DNA of 64,000 bases from Oligoflexia bacterium (lineage in GTDB: Bacteria > Bdellovibrionota > UBA1018), in the NCBI GenBank assembly GCA_031292385.1, contig JARLHE010000040.1, positions 34,471-98,470 of the forward strand, written 5' to 3'. The notes below the pieces were generated by a model. It was not told the DNA's origin and did not search any database. It saw only the letters and a list, made by a program, of their open reading frames with translations. Both the position numbers and the translations under genes were made by a program. This document shows, one piece after another, positions 52,855 through 62,070 of this stretch. How positions within the stretch are numbered: the stretch's first letter is position 1; every line of letters begins with the position of its first letter.

Positions 52855-54504
52855 ATGGGAAAATCCATTTCTCGGGCATTTAAGGGGGCGGGTCCCATCG
52901 CGGCTTTGGCTTTTTTCGTGGCTGCCGGATGCAGCAGTCAGAAATACGGCGTCTCCGTGACGGGCCCGAACGATTTGGCTTCCGCCAACGGCGCTAACGG
53001 TTCCGGATCGAACGCGAATGGCAGTAATCCGACGGGATCCACCGGGGGGGGCTCCGACCCTCTTCCGTCATCGGGATCAGCCGGCGGAACCACCGATCCT
53101 CTTCCTTCCGGCGGATCGACGGGGGGAACCTCGGATCCGATCCCCTCGGGGGCCTCCGGAGGGAGCACCGATCCGATCGGCGGCGGCACGACGATCAGCG
53201 TTCAGCATATTCAGCCCGCGATCGCGGTTCGCGGCATGGGCTGCCTCAACTGCCATGCGGATGTGCAAGCCAATATCGTGACCGATTTCGGCTATGGAAA
53301 TCCTTGGTATTTGGAGCAGGAAAATTCGGGCTACACGTCGGGCACGAATATGTTCACTATGGCCTACTATACGCCGTTCAGCTGGCAATCGACGCAGCAG
53401 GTATTGGGGCAAGTCATGGTTCCGGCCGAGAACATTCCCTCGGCGCTTTCGACTGCTTTGGGCTCGTCCTCGACTTTGTCTCTTGGCGGCATGATGACGT
53501 CCGCTAAGACTCCGGACTTCGCGTCGGTATGGTTCTCGTATTTTAACTTGGGCGCGGCTCCGACCTATCTTCCTTTTGATACTTACGTCACTCCGCAAGC
53601 CGTGAGCAGCGGGACGCCTCTTTCTCCCGTGGTCACCGAGCAGACCGTGTACATCGGGGCGCCGAGCTCGAGTCAGGTTCTTGCCATCGCGCCGAACTCC
53701 GGCCTTACGGGTCCGTGGGTTCAAGTAGCCAAGGGAGAAACCGGTGCCGGAAGCGGTATTTCCGGGCTCGCGATCACCAGCGGCGCGGGCTCCGGGTTCG
53801 TGACGAATTCGGGGCCGATTCACTGCTCCGGATTGGACGTGGTGATCAATGGCACGCTGCTTTTGAACAGCGCGCACGTTTACGCGGAGAAGGGCGGCTG
53901 CCGTCTTTATGTGACCGGCTCGGTTTTCATCGAAGGGCCAATCACGTATCTGAACTCGGGATCGACCGCCGATCCGACGGATAATCTGCAGATCACGAGC
54001 GCGACCTCGGTCATCATGGGCGTGGGCTTGACCGGCGCTTCATATGTTCCTAGCGGATTGGAGCCGGGAAACAACCCGCTGCATACCCGGCTGATCGATG
54101 ATGCGCGTAGCCCTTATTTCCGTATCGCCACAACTCCGGCTGCCTATACAACCTGGGCAAACGGGGTTCTTGCCGAAGCGAACAATATTGGCCCGACGCT
54201 TCTCGTGGATGCCTCCAATACGTCGGGCGCGTCCTCCACGGCGTACTCGTCGACCGGCCAGAGCCGCGCGTCGATCAACTATCAGCACCTGCTTCTGAAC
54301 GCTCCGGTCGTGCACAGTCGTTATTTGGGGTCTTTCTCGGGCGTGATTGTTTCCGAAATCGCGCTGATGTCGCTGGGACAATTCAATTTCCACTACGACA
54401 GCGTATTCAGTAATGCCTCGGTCTCGGTCCTGCCGGCGTTGACGGGGGATGTGCTCTGCGTGATCTCGAGCTCGAGCGCATCGACCTGTAATCCGGTGAT
54501 GTAA
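52855..54504 (+). CDS. large secreted lipoprotein, paralog B, single CxxCH motif
   Basis: Lipobox VAAGC, a G/S-rich linker, RGMGCLNCHADVQ, and the same conserved blocks (CSGLDVVINGTLLLN, GGCRLYVTGSVFIEGPI, CNPVM at the C-terminus). Confidence 0.55.
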   Translation: MGKSISRAFKGAGPIAALAFFVAAGCSSQKYGVSVTGPNDLASANGANGSGSNANGSNPTGSTGGGSDPLPSSGSAGGTTDPLPSGGSTGGTSDPIPSGASGGSTDPIGGGTTISVQHIQPAIAVRGMGCLNCHADVQANIVTDFGYGNPWYLEQENSGYTSGTNMFTMAYYTPFSWQSTQQVLGQVMVPAENIPSALSTALGSSSTLSLGGMMTSAKTPDFASVWFSYFNLGAAPTYLPFDTYVTPQAVSSGTPLSPVVTEQTVYIGAPSSSQVLAIAPNSGLTGPWVQVAKGETGAGSGISGLAITSGAGSGFVTNSGPIHCSGLDVVINGTLLLNSAHVYAEKGGCRLYVTGSVFIEGPITYLNSGSTADPTDNLQITSATSVIMGVGLTGASYVPSGLEPGNNPLHTRLIDDARSPYFRIATTPAAYTTWANGVLAEANNIGPTLLVDASNTSGASSTAYSSTGQSRASINYQHLLLNAPVVHSRYLGSFSGVIVSEIALMSLGQFNFHYDSVFSNASVSVLPALTGDVLCVISSSSASTCNPVM

Positions 54505-54576
54505 GCTCAGGCTCCGCTCCCTTTGACGCTCCGTGGGTTGCGAACGCGAGGTTTCAAAGCTTAGTGAGAGGGGCCT

Positions 54577-55518
54577 ATGGTGCCTTCTCTTCGCTTCCAT
54601 TTCGCGTTTCTTTCGATCGCGTTCTTGCTGTCGAGCCCCGGTTTAGCTTCTTCCCCGAAACGATTGCTCATGGGAGTGATCGGCGATTCCGTTTCGGCCG
54701 CGAGCCTTGCCGATGTGCCGATCCCGAATGCCGCGAGTTCAGAGGAGCGGGTTCGTCAGTGGGCAAAGAATGGGTTGAGCCCGGATTTCATTTTCGAGAA
54801 CAAACAGTTTTCATGGGCGTCGGGCACGATGATCGAGTCCCATTATGAGAAGCTCCGTCGATGGCTAAATGACTCCGGCGAGAAACGGCCATTAGACGTT
54901 TACAATGCCGCGTTTCCCGGCAATACGACCAAGGCTCTGGCTAATCAGGCCAATCAAGTCGTCCAGATGATGGAATTGGGTGACTACGCGGCCTTGAAGT
55001 ATGTGACCGTTCTGATCGGATCGAACGATGTTTGCGATAACGGACCGGTCGTGGGGAGGGAAGGGCAGCTGCTCGCGAATCTGTTGCAGATGTTCCAACA
55101 ACTCGCCAGCATCAAGCAAAGCGAGCCCATACGGATCCTGCTCGTGGGGATTCCGAGAATCCCCGATTTGGGCGCACCCCAGTTTCGGCAGGCGAGCACG
55201 CTGTTCGGCTTGTCGTGCGAATTCGTTCGAAACGAGATCCTGGGCTTCTGCAATTCACTTCTGAGCTGGAGCACGCCGATTGAATATGAGGCCGACATGC
55301 AAATCGTCGATGATATGAACAGCATCCTCAAGGAAAGCGTTGAGGTCGCGAATCGGGAGTTTCCCAATCTGAACGTGGTTTATACGGATCGCTTGTATAA
55401 TACGGAGATTCCGCTTGGCGATCTGGCTGCCGATTGCTTCCATCCCAATAAGGTCGGCCAGGCGGGGATCGCTGATGAGCTCTGGAGTCAGCAGCCTTGG
55501 TTCGGGCCGAGTCCGTGA
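54577..55518 (+). CDS. secreted SGNH/GDSL-family hydrolase
   Basis: Signal peptide, GDSVS (block I), GSND (block III) and DCFHPN (block V, DxxH). Confidence 0.7.
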   Translation: MVPSLRFHFAFLSIAFLLSSPGLASSPKRLLMGVIGDSVSAASLADVPIPNAASSEERVRQWAKNGLSPDFIFENKQFSWASGTMIESHYEKLRRWLNDSGEKRPLDVYNAAFPGNTTKALANQANQVVQMMELGDYAALKYVTVLIGSNDVCDNGPVVGREGQLLANLLQMFQQLASIKQSEPIRILLVGIPRIPDLGAPQFRQASTLFGLSCEFVRNEILGFCNSLLSWSTPIEYEADMQIVDDMNSILKESVEVANREFPNLNVVYTDRLYNTEIPLGDLAADCFHPNKVGQAGIADELWSQQPWFGPSP

Positions 55519-55598
55519 AGACACATCTGGCGGCCAGCTGAAGTCCGGCATATCATCTGAGTTAAGGTGACATCTTTCTCGTCATCTTTGCGGAACGT

Positions 55599-56141
55599 AT
55601 GCTGGACAAGATTAAAAAATATTCAGATCGATGGGCAGTCGTGTTTCTTGTGTTCGGATGTGTGGCTTGCGGAGGCGCGCAAGGCCAATCCCAGAGCTTG
55701 GGCGCGTTCGGAACCCAGGTGAATCAGTTCGTCGCGGACGCCTCCTCGCATGGCGTGAGCGTCGATACCTCGAACCTTGTGGTTCAGGTGGGGGATCTGA
55801 GCAGCGCCTCGACGACTACGGTGGTGAACGGCGTCACCGAAACCACGACCAACGTGGATGTCGGGCAATGCGACTTCACGGAGGCCGGGCCGACCGTGAC
55901 CATTTCGGCGACGGCGATCCAAAGTTTCGGCCCGGAATCCCTTGAAGCGCTGGTTTATCATGAGCTGGGTCATTGTCTCTTGAAGCTTGAGCATAATTCG
56001 AACCTGAGTGCGGACGGGACGCCGGCAAGCCTTATGTATCCGACCGGCGTCGACGGCCAGACTTACCTGAAGAACCGTGCCGCGTATCTTGACGAGCTTT
56101 TCTCGCAGCCTCAAAATACGGCTTTCGTTGGCGGAGGGTAG
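55599..56141 (+). CDS. small metzincin-like zinc metalloprotease lipoprotein
   Basis: Lipobox FGCVACGG, HELGHCLLKLEHN, and the Met-turn LMYP. Paralogous in architecture to 39201-40088. Confidence 0.55.
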   Translation: MLDKIKKYSDRWAVVFLVFGCVACGGAQGQSQSLGAFGTQVNQFVADASSHGVSVDTSNLVVQVGDLSSASTTTVVNGVTETTTNVDVGQCDFTEAGPTVTISATAIQSFGPESLEALVYHELGHCLLKLEHNSNLSADGTPASLMYPTGVDGQTYLKNRAAYLDELFSQPQNTAFVGGG

Positions 56142-56166
56142 GAGCCCGTGACATTGTGTCCCTCCG

Positions 56167-56625
56167 GTGCTAAAAGCCCAGGCCATGCTGTGGATGGCGC
56201 CCGCTCAAACTGTTTATGCTGATTTTGTGAATCGCTTCGAGGCCGCGAAGCAGGCGGCTGACTGGAGCGACTTGAAAACGGCAAGTCATCCGGGAGACGC
56301 GAGCTCTTGCAAGGGGGCGCTTTCCGATTCACCGGCCTCGTTCACGATTTATTTCACCCGGTACGAGCAATGCCTGGTCTGGCTTCCCGATCCGGCGGGG
56401 ATTCATCCGCCCGAGCCCGGCCCAGGCGTTTGTCAGTATGAGAAAATCGACGCGGATACTTCCGTGACCGAGCTAACGATTCGTTTTCAGGGCGACTCGA
56501 ACGGCGTTTGGGATTCCGCGTTCCGGAAGGATTTTGACCGGAGGGTTTTGTTCCGCCTTCCGTATCAGGTCAACGGCGTGATGGAAGTCATTTACGGCGC
56601 CTGTCAGTCGGTCGGGATCGAATAA
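56167..56625 (+). CDS. hypothetical protein
   Basis: ORF only (GTG at 56167 or ATG at 56185). No recognisable motif. Confidence 0.3.
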   Translation: MLKAQAMLWMAPAQTVYADFVNRFEAAKQAADWSDLKTASHPGDASSCKGALSDSPASFTIYFTRYEQCLVWLPDPAGIHPPEPGPGVCQYEKIDADTSVTELTIRFQGDSNGVWDSAFRKDFDRRVLFRLPYQVNGVMEVIYGACQSVGIE

Positions 56626-57383
56626 GTCAGCTTGCCGTTTTTAAATGCCGCCAGCTCCCCGTGTTTCAGTACATTCCAGTTCTCGTTCGAGGTCAGGGGG
56701 CGCGTGGCGACGATGCTGACGACGTCCCTGGGTTCGGTCTCTTTCGAGAAATCGACGGTCACGTCCTCGTCGATCAAGGTGGCGGAGCCGAAGGGGGCTT
56801 TGCGGGTAATCCAGGCAAGGTCCGTGCTGCAAAAGCAATAAAGGCAGCGCCCGTCACTCATCAGAAGGTTGAAAATCCCCAGCTTGCGTAATCGCGCCGA
56901 GAGCTTCGCGATGACTCGCGCCAGTTGAAGAGGGGGCGGCGTGTCCTTCCATTTGCTTCGAATCTGATCGAGCATCCAGCAAAAGGCCCATTCGCTATCG
57001 GTGGTGCCGATGGGTTGATAGAATTTGAGCGGGAATTTCTTGATCCCTCTAAGAAGGCCATTGTGCGCGAAAGTCCATTGCCGTCCCCAGAGCTCGCGGC
57101 TGAAGGGATGGGTGTTTTCGAGCGCGACCCGGCCGCGATTGGCACGCCGGATGTGCGATACGACCATGCGGCTTTTGATGGAGTGATCCTGAAGAAAAAG
57201 CGCGATCTCCGAATGCGCGCTTGGCTTAGGGTCATGGAAGGTGCGGCATCCTTTTTCGTCGTAAAAGGCGATGCCCCAGCCATCGGCATGAGGTCCGGTT
57301 TTTCCGCCTCGGCACACTAATCCTTTGAAGCTGAAGCGGATGTCAGTAGGGACGTTGGCGTTCATGCCGAGAAGTTCGCACAT
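56604..57383 (-). CDS. class II glutamine amidotransferase (YafJ-like)
   Basis: MCELLGM N-terminal nucleophile Cys2, followed by GWGIAFY. Confidence 0.7.
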   Translation of the reverse strand: MCELLGMNANVPTDIRFSFKGLVCRGGKTGPHADGWGIAFYDEKGCRTFHDPKPSAHSEIALFLQDHSIKSRMVVSHIRRANRGRVALENTHPFSRELWGRQWTFAHNGLLRGIKKFPLKFYQPIGTTDSEWAFCWMLDQIRSKWKDTPPPLQLARVIAKLSARLRKLGIFNLLMSDGRCLYCFCSTDLAWITRKAPFGSATLIDEDVTVDFSKETEPRDVVSIVATRPLTSNENWNVLKHGELAAFKNGKLTYSIPTD

Positions 57384-57387
57384 AACT

Positions 57388-58143
57388 CTAAAAGAACAGC
57401 TTGGTTCCGACCAGCGCTCCGCTGCCGGATGCCGGGGTTTGTACATTCAGGCTGGTGTCGGTTTCGGATTCGTAGAAATATTTCCCGAACACGCGCAGAA
57501 ACCCGAAGTCGATGAAAGGACCGACTTCCCAGCGGTAACCTTCCGATGAAGTTCCGCTGGAGTTTCCGGCGGAGGGAAAGTAGTGGCGGTACATTCCGTC
57601 GATCCCGAGAAAAGGGCGCACGAGGAGCATGGTGCCCGATACGCCCAGCACGCCGTTGCGGCCGTTCACGGGATCTCCTTCCGATCGCACGCCGGCTTGA
57701 AGGGTGAGGTTGGTGCTTTGAGCGGTATAGCCGAAGATGCGAAGCAGAAAGAGCGCGGTCCACTCCGACTGGGGATTGAACCTCTTTTCAAGGCCCAGGC
57801 CGAAGATCGAAGCGTAAGCCGCCGCGGAGAATTTCCAGACGTTGCTTGAAAATTTGCCGGGAGTGCTCGAGTTGTTGGCGATCTGGTATTCCGGGCCGAC
57901 GTAAAATTCGTAGGGGCTCGGGCTGTGAAGAGCGAGCCACATGTCCATGACGCGCATTTTTTCTTTCGTCTCGAACCAATCCGTCAGGTACCAGTTGGTT
58001 TTTTTCTTCTCTTCCTGCTTCTTGACGATGAAAGTGTAAACCTCATCCGCGCGCGCCGCTCGAGGGATCGTGATCGCCGCGGAAAGGCTCATGAAATAAA
58101 GGCCGGTTAAGACGAGGAATATCGTGTTTCGGATCATTCCCAT
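57388..58143 (-). CDS. putative outer-membrane beta-barrel protein
   Basis: Signal peptide, alternating amphipathic strands, and C-terminal aromatic -LFF. Confidence 0.45.
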   Translation of the reverse strand: MGMIRNTIFLVLTGLYFMSLSAAITIPRAARADEVYTFIVKKQEEKKKTNWYLTDWFETKEKMRVMDMWLALHSPSPYEFYVGPEYQIANNSSTPGKFSSNVWKFSAAAYASIFGLGLEKRFNPQSEWTALFLLRIFGYTAQSTNLTLQAGVRSEGDPVNGRNGVLGVSGTMLLVRPFLGIDGMYRHYFPSAGNSSGTSSEGYRWEVGPFIDFGFLRVFGKYFYESETDTSLNVQTPASGSGALVGTKLFF

Positions 58144-58245
58144 GATTATACCAGCTTTTGTCGGGATGAAGAGATGTCATGGTTTTGACTGCTGATTCGA
58201 TTTTCCTCATTATCGGTCGGAAATTCTCCGATACTTTTCATAAGT

Positions 58246-59385
58246 ATGGCGCCCTCTCGATTTGTCATCCATTGTTTGGCTGGGCTTGTTGCCTTGTTTT
58301 CATGCGAATGCCGCGCGGAAGTCCGGCCGGCGGGTGATTCGAGCCTGGAAGCCAAGTTGTCGAAGATCGAAAGCCTTTTAGGCACGAACCAACGGCATGC
58401 GCCCTCGCTTCTTCGGATGAAAGCGGAATGGACGGAACTGAGCTCGTTTCACGAGGAGCTATGGCGGGCGATGGCGCTCGATCCCGGAGTTGTCCCGGTC
58501 CAAGAGGTTCCCGAGGCCTTGCAATCCAAGGCTTTAAGCGAAAAACTTGAGAAGAAGTTCGAAGATCTGTCGAACTCCGTGCTGATCCAAAAGTACGGGC
58601 TTGAAAAGCCTTTCGCCGATTATGTTGATGTCGTTTCTCAGATTCTCGCGCTTCGGCGCGAGCAGAAATTCATTCCGGCGCGCGGAATCGCCAAGCGTGG
58701 GCTTTTGGACGACGCCTATCGGCATTTGATCGGAGCCTTGAACGACGCTCAGCAATTGGATGAAGGGTTGGTTTTGCCGCTCATGTCCGCCCAAGCGGAA
58801 AACGAGCTTCGGGAGACGCTGGCATCCGTCCGCGGCGCGATTCAGTCCTCCTCGAAAGCCCCTGCGTTGCCGGCGCCTGTTGCCACCGTGAGCCAGTCTG
58901 TGCCGGTTGCTATCAAGGCTGCGCACAGTCCGCTCTCGGAGCCCCTTTGGGCCCTGATCGGCTTCTTGGTCGCATTGCCGTTCGGGGCGTTGATTTACCG
59001 TGCGGTTGCCGCTCCGGCGCCTGCCCCGGCAGCCCCGGGTCTAGATGTTCCTCGGGTCAAGGATTTCGATTTTTCGCTCTGGCTGCGGAATTTTCGTTCG
59101 CTGGTCGCCGATTATCGGCGGGCGCATCCTGAAAACGAGAACGTCGTGAAGCAAGTTCAGCCCTTTTTGAGCGATACCGCGGGATTCTTCAGAAAATACT
59201 ATCAGGAGACGCGCGAAACCCACTATCGCGGGCTTTTTACCGATCATGAGCTCGCGTTGCAGGACCTGGTAACGACTCTTTCCGACTCTCTCCACCATTC
59301 GGATGAGCAATGCCGGGCGCTGATCCTGCATCTGTCGGTTCTTGCCGATGCGATCCAGAGCAAAGAGCGCGAAAAGGCCGCCTGA
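58246..59385 (+). CDS. hypothetical bitopic membrane protein
   Basis: Signal peptide, a helical periplasmic region, a central TM helix (LWALIGFLVALPFGALIY), and a cytoplasmic tail. Confidence 0.4.
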   Translation: MAPSRFVIHCLAGLVALFSCECRAEVRPAGDSSLEAKLSKIESLLGTNQRHAPSLLRMKAEWTELSSFHEELWRAMALDPGVVPVQEVPEALQSKALSEKLEKKFEDLSNSVLIQKYGLEKPFADYVDVVSQILALRREQKFIPARGIAKRGLLDDAYRHLIGALNDAQQLDEGLVLPLMSAQAENELRETLASVRGAIQSSSKAPALPAPVATVSQSVPVAIKAAHSPLSEPLWALIGFLVALPFGALIYRAVAAPAPAPAAPGLDVPRVKDFDFSLWLRNFRSLVADYRRAHPENENVVKQVQPFLSDTAGFFRKYYQETRETHYRGLFTDHELALQDLVTTLSDSLHHSDEQCRALILHLSVLADAIQSKEREKAA

Positions 59386-59392
59386 AATCTGC

Positions 59393-60700
59393 CTAGCAAA
59401 AAGCAACCAGGTGGTAATTCTTTTTACCTTTGCGTAGCACGACGTGCGCGCCGGCCAGAAAGTGCTGCGGACCGATGAGTGCCGCGGGATCGTTCGTCCG
59501 CTCGTTATTCACGTAGATACCGCCGGAGGTGATGTCCTTCCGGGCCGCTCCCTTGGACGAGCAAAGTCCGGTCTCGACCAAAAGATCGACCAAGGCGATC
59601 CCATTGCCGATCGCCGCCTTTTCCTTGGTCGTGGCCGGAGCACCCTTCATAACGCTGAGAAGCGTCTTTTCGTCGAGATCTTTGATGCCCGCGCCAAAAA
59701 GCGCCTGAGTGGCGCCTTCGGCGCGCGCGAGCTCGGCGTCCCCGTGAATCAGGCGCGTCATCTCGCGCGCGAGCGCGGTTTGGGCTTCGCGCTTTTCGGG
59801 CGCGCTTTGAATGGTTTGCTCAAGCCGGCCCAGTTCTTCATGCGAAAGAAACGTGAAAAAACGCAGATAGGTCATCACGTCCGAATCGGCGGTCTGGATG
59901 AAAAACTGGTAGAGCTCGTAAGGAGAGGTCTTGACGGCGTCAAGCCATACGGCGCCGCCTTCCGTTTTTCCGAATTTGGTTCCATCCGATTTGGTCACCA
60001 GCGGCTGAGTCAGTCCGTAACACTCCCTTACGGAGTCCCCGCGCGCGGCACGCATGCGGCGGATCAATTCGATGCCGGCCGTGATATTGCCCCACTGATC
60101 GGAGCCTCCGATCTGCAGGTCGCAGTTCTCCTTCTCGTTCAAGACGTAAAAATCGTAGGCCTGAAGCAGCATGTACGAGAACTCGGTGTAGGAGATCCCA
60201 TGCTCGCGGTCCTCCAAGCGGGCACGTACGGATTCTTTGGCGACCATGTGGTTGACCGTGAAGTGCTTGCCGACGTCGCGCAGAAATTCGATGAACGAAA
60301 GGCCTTTGAACCAGTCGCCGTTGCTGACCAAGAGCGCCGGATTCGCGCCCTTGAAATCCAGGAAACGAGAGATGACTTTTCGAATGCCCTCGACGTTATG
60401 GGCGATTTGCTCATCACTGAGGAGCGAACGTTCCTGGCTTTTTCCTGAAGGGTCCCCGATCATGCCGGTCGCGCCACCCACGACCGCGATCACGCGATGG
60501 CCGGCGAGCTGAAAGCGGCGCAACGTCAGAAGGGGCAGCATATGGCCGACGTGGAGGCTGTCGGCGGTCGGATCAAAGCCGCAGTAGACGGTGAGTTTAC
60601 GGTCTTTCATGGTGGCGGTTATCGCCGTATCGGTGACTTGTTTGATCAGTCCGCGGGCCTGAAGGTCGTCATATAAGGTTATGGGTGCGTGGTTTTGCAT
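59393..60700 (-). CDS. tyrS: tyrosine--tRNA ligase
   Basis: HVGH (HIGH) and KFGKT (KMSKS) motifs, with a C-terminal S4 domain. Confidence 0.9.
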   Translation of the reverse strand: MQNHAPITLYDDLQARGLIKQVTDTAITATMKDRKLTVYCGFDPTADSLHVGHMLPLLTLRRFQLAGHRVIAVVGGATGMIGDPSGKSQERSLLSDEQIAHNVEGIRKVISRFLDFKGANPALLVSNGDWFKGLSFIEFLRDVGKHFTVNHMVAKESVRARLEDREHGISYTEFSYMLLQAYDFYVLNEKENCDLQIGGSDQWGNITAGIELIRRMRAARGDSVRECYGLTQPLVTKSDGTKFGKTEGGAVWLDAVKTSPYELYQFFIQTADSDVMTYLRFFTFLSHEELGRLEQTIQSAPEKREAQTALAREMTRLIHGDAELARAEGATQALFGAGIKDLDEKTLLSVMKGAPATTKEKAAIGNGIALVDLLVETGLCSSKGAARKDITSGGIYVNNERTNDPAALIGPQHFLAGAHVVLRKGKKNYHLVAFC

Positions 60701-60723
60701 AATTTGATCTTTCTGAGTTCATC

Positions 60724-62070
60724 TCAGTGATTTGGGCTCAGCAATTTGAGATCCGGCCAGCTTTCGCCGAAATCGTGCAAGTGCCGCTTCTGTTGAACGC
60801 GGTAGCTCTCGCCGAAATCGCCTTCGGTTGATCCTTCATGGGCATGAATATAGCCCACGAAACTTGCCGAGATGACGAGCTGAGCAAACCAAAGCGCGAG
60901 CAAAAGCGTACGCCCTTGCTTTCGAGAATAGCCTCCCAGTGAAAGGCGGGCAAGCCAGAGTGCTTCGAAAGGGAATGCGGCTGCAAGATAGTAGCGGCGA
61001 ATATTGACCATGGTGAAGGTGAGAAGCGCGCCAAAGCCCCAAAACGTCGACTTCTCGGCGAGATCCGCCTGAAGGCCCGTGTGGCTTTTTTTAAGTGCAA
61101 GGATCCCTGCTCGGCCTAAAATAGCGAGACCCGAAACAAGGGCGATCAGATGCGCGATACCGCAAATCCACGTCGCGTATCCTCCGATGATCGGGTAGCG
61201 GGCAAAATGAGAGATCTGGGTGTAGATCGAGCCACCGAGTAGTAAACCCAGCGGGTTGCCGAGGTGAAGTCCCAGGGCGTCGGTGACCCAGAAAACCCAG
61301 AATTTAAACTGGTAAAGCTCCGAATAGCCCGCCGAGAGCGGCTGTCCGGTGGGATGAGCGATCAGATAAGAGAGCCAAGGCAAAAGAGGCAACGCCCCGA
61401 GGCAGGAGCCTAAGAACCAGAAACGCCAGCGGGTCTTTCGCCGTTCGAAAGCGAGCGCGCCCAGCACCAACGCCGCGGCCGAGAAAAAGCCCGCCATATG
61501 CACTTGCCCGATCAAGGCGCCGATAAGGCCCCAGAAAAACGCACCAGCCTTTCGCTCGCGCCGGTACCAGCCCAGTAATGTGAGGCAGCAAAATAGCGGA
61601 AGAAACGTCTGCGGCCAGAGCTTGCGGTGGTAGTAAATCAAAAACGGATTCACCATCGAAAACGCGAAGGCCCAAAGCCAGGGTTCGCGTGCGCCACTTT
61701 GCCGGTTCGATGCCCGGCCCGATGCCCGGCCCGATGCGATGAGCGATAGCGGAAGTACGAGCGCGCATCCCAAGAGCGCGATTAAGCGCACGACGAGCGT
61801 GAGGCCGATCGGGCCAGTCGCGCCGAAAAACTGGGCGATTTTCGCGGCGACCGTGAAAGTCCAAATACTCATGCCCGGGTTGGCGATGTAGACGCCCGAG
61901 TTCATTCCTGTCCACGGCCAGCTTCGTGCGCCCGTCGCGATCAGGTGTGGGACGATGTAATTGTAGTATTCGTCCTCTTTCCATTCCATGTCGGCGGGCC
62001 AAAGGAGCCGGAGCAAAAGGCCGCAGACGAAAGCCGCGATCAAGAAAAGGCGCCAACGTTTGCTCAGCAT
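60724..62070 (-). CDS. GT39/GT83-like (ArnT/PMT-type) membrane glycosyltransferase
   Basis: About 11 TM helices with a DE-containing first periplasmic loop (DMEWKEDEYYNY). Confidence 0.65.
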   Translation of the reverse strand: MLSKRWRLFLIAAFVCGLLLRLLWPADMEWKEDEYYNYIVPHLIATGARSWPWTGMNSGVYIANPGMSIWTFTVAAKIAQFFGATGPIGLTLVVRLIALLGCALVLPLSLIASGRASGRASNRQSGAREPWLWAFAFSMVNPFLIYYHRKLWPQTFLPLFCCLTLLGWYRRERKAGAFFWGLIGALIGQVHMAGFFSAAALVLGALAFERRKTRWRFWFLGSCLGALPLLPWLSYLIAHPTGQPLSAGYSELYQFKFWVFWVTDALGLHLGNPLGLLLGGSIYTQISHFARYPIIGGYATWICGIAHLIALVSGLAILGRAGILALKKSHTGLQADLAEKSTFWGFGALLTFTMVNIRRYYLAAAFPFEALWLARLSLGGYSRKQGRTLLLALWFAQLVISASFVGYIHAHEGSTEGDFGESYRVQQKRHLHDFGESWPDLKLLSPNH

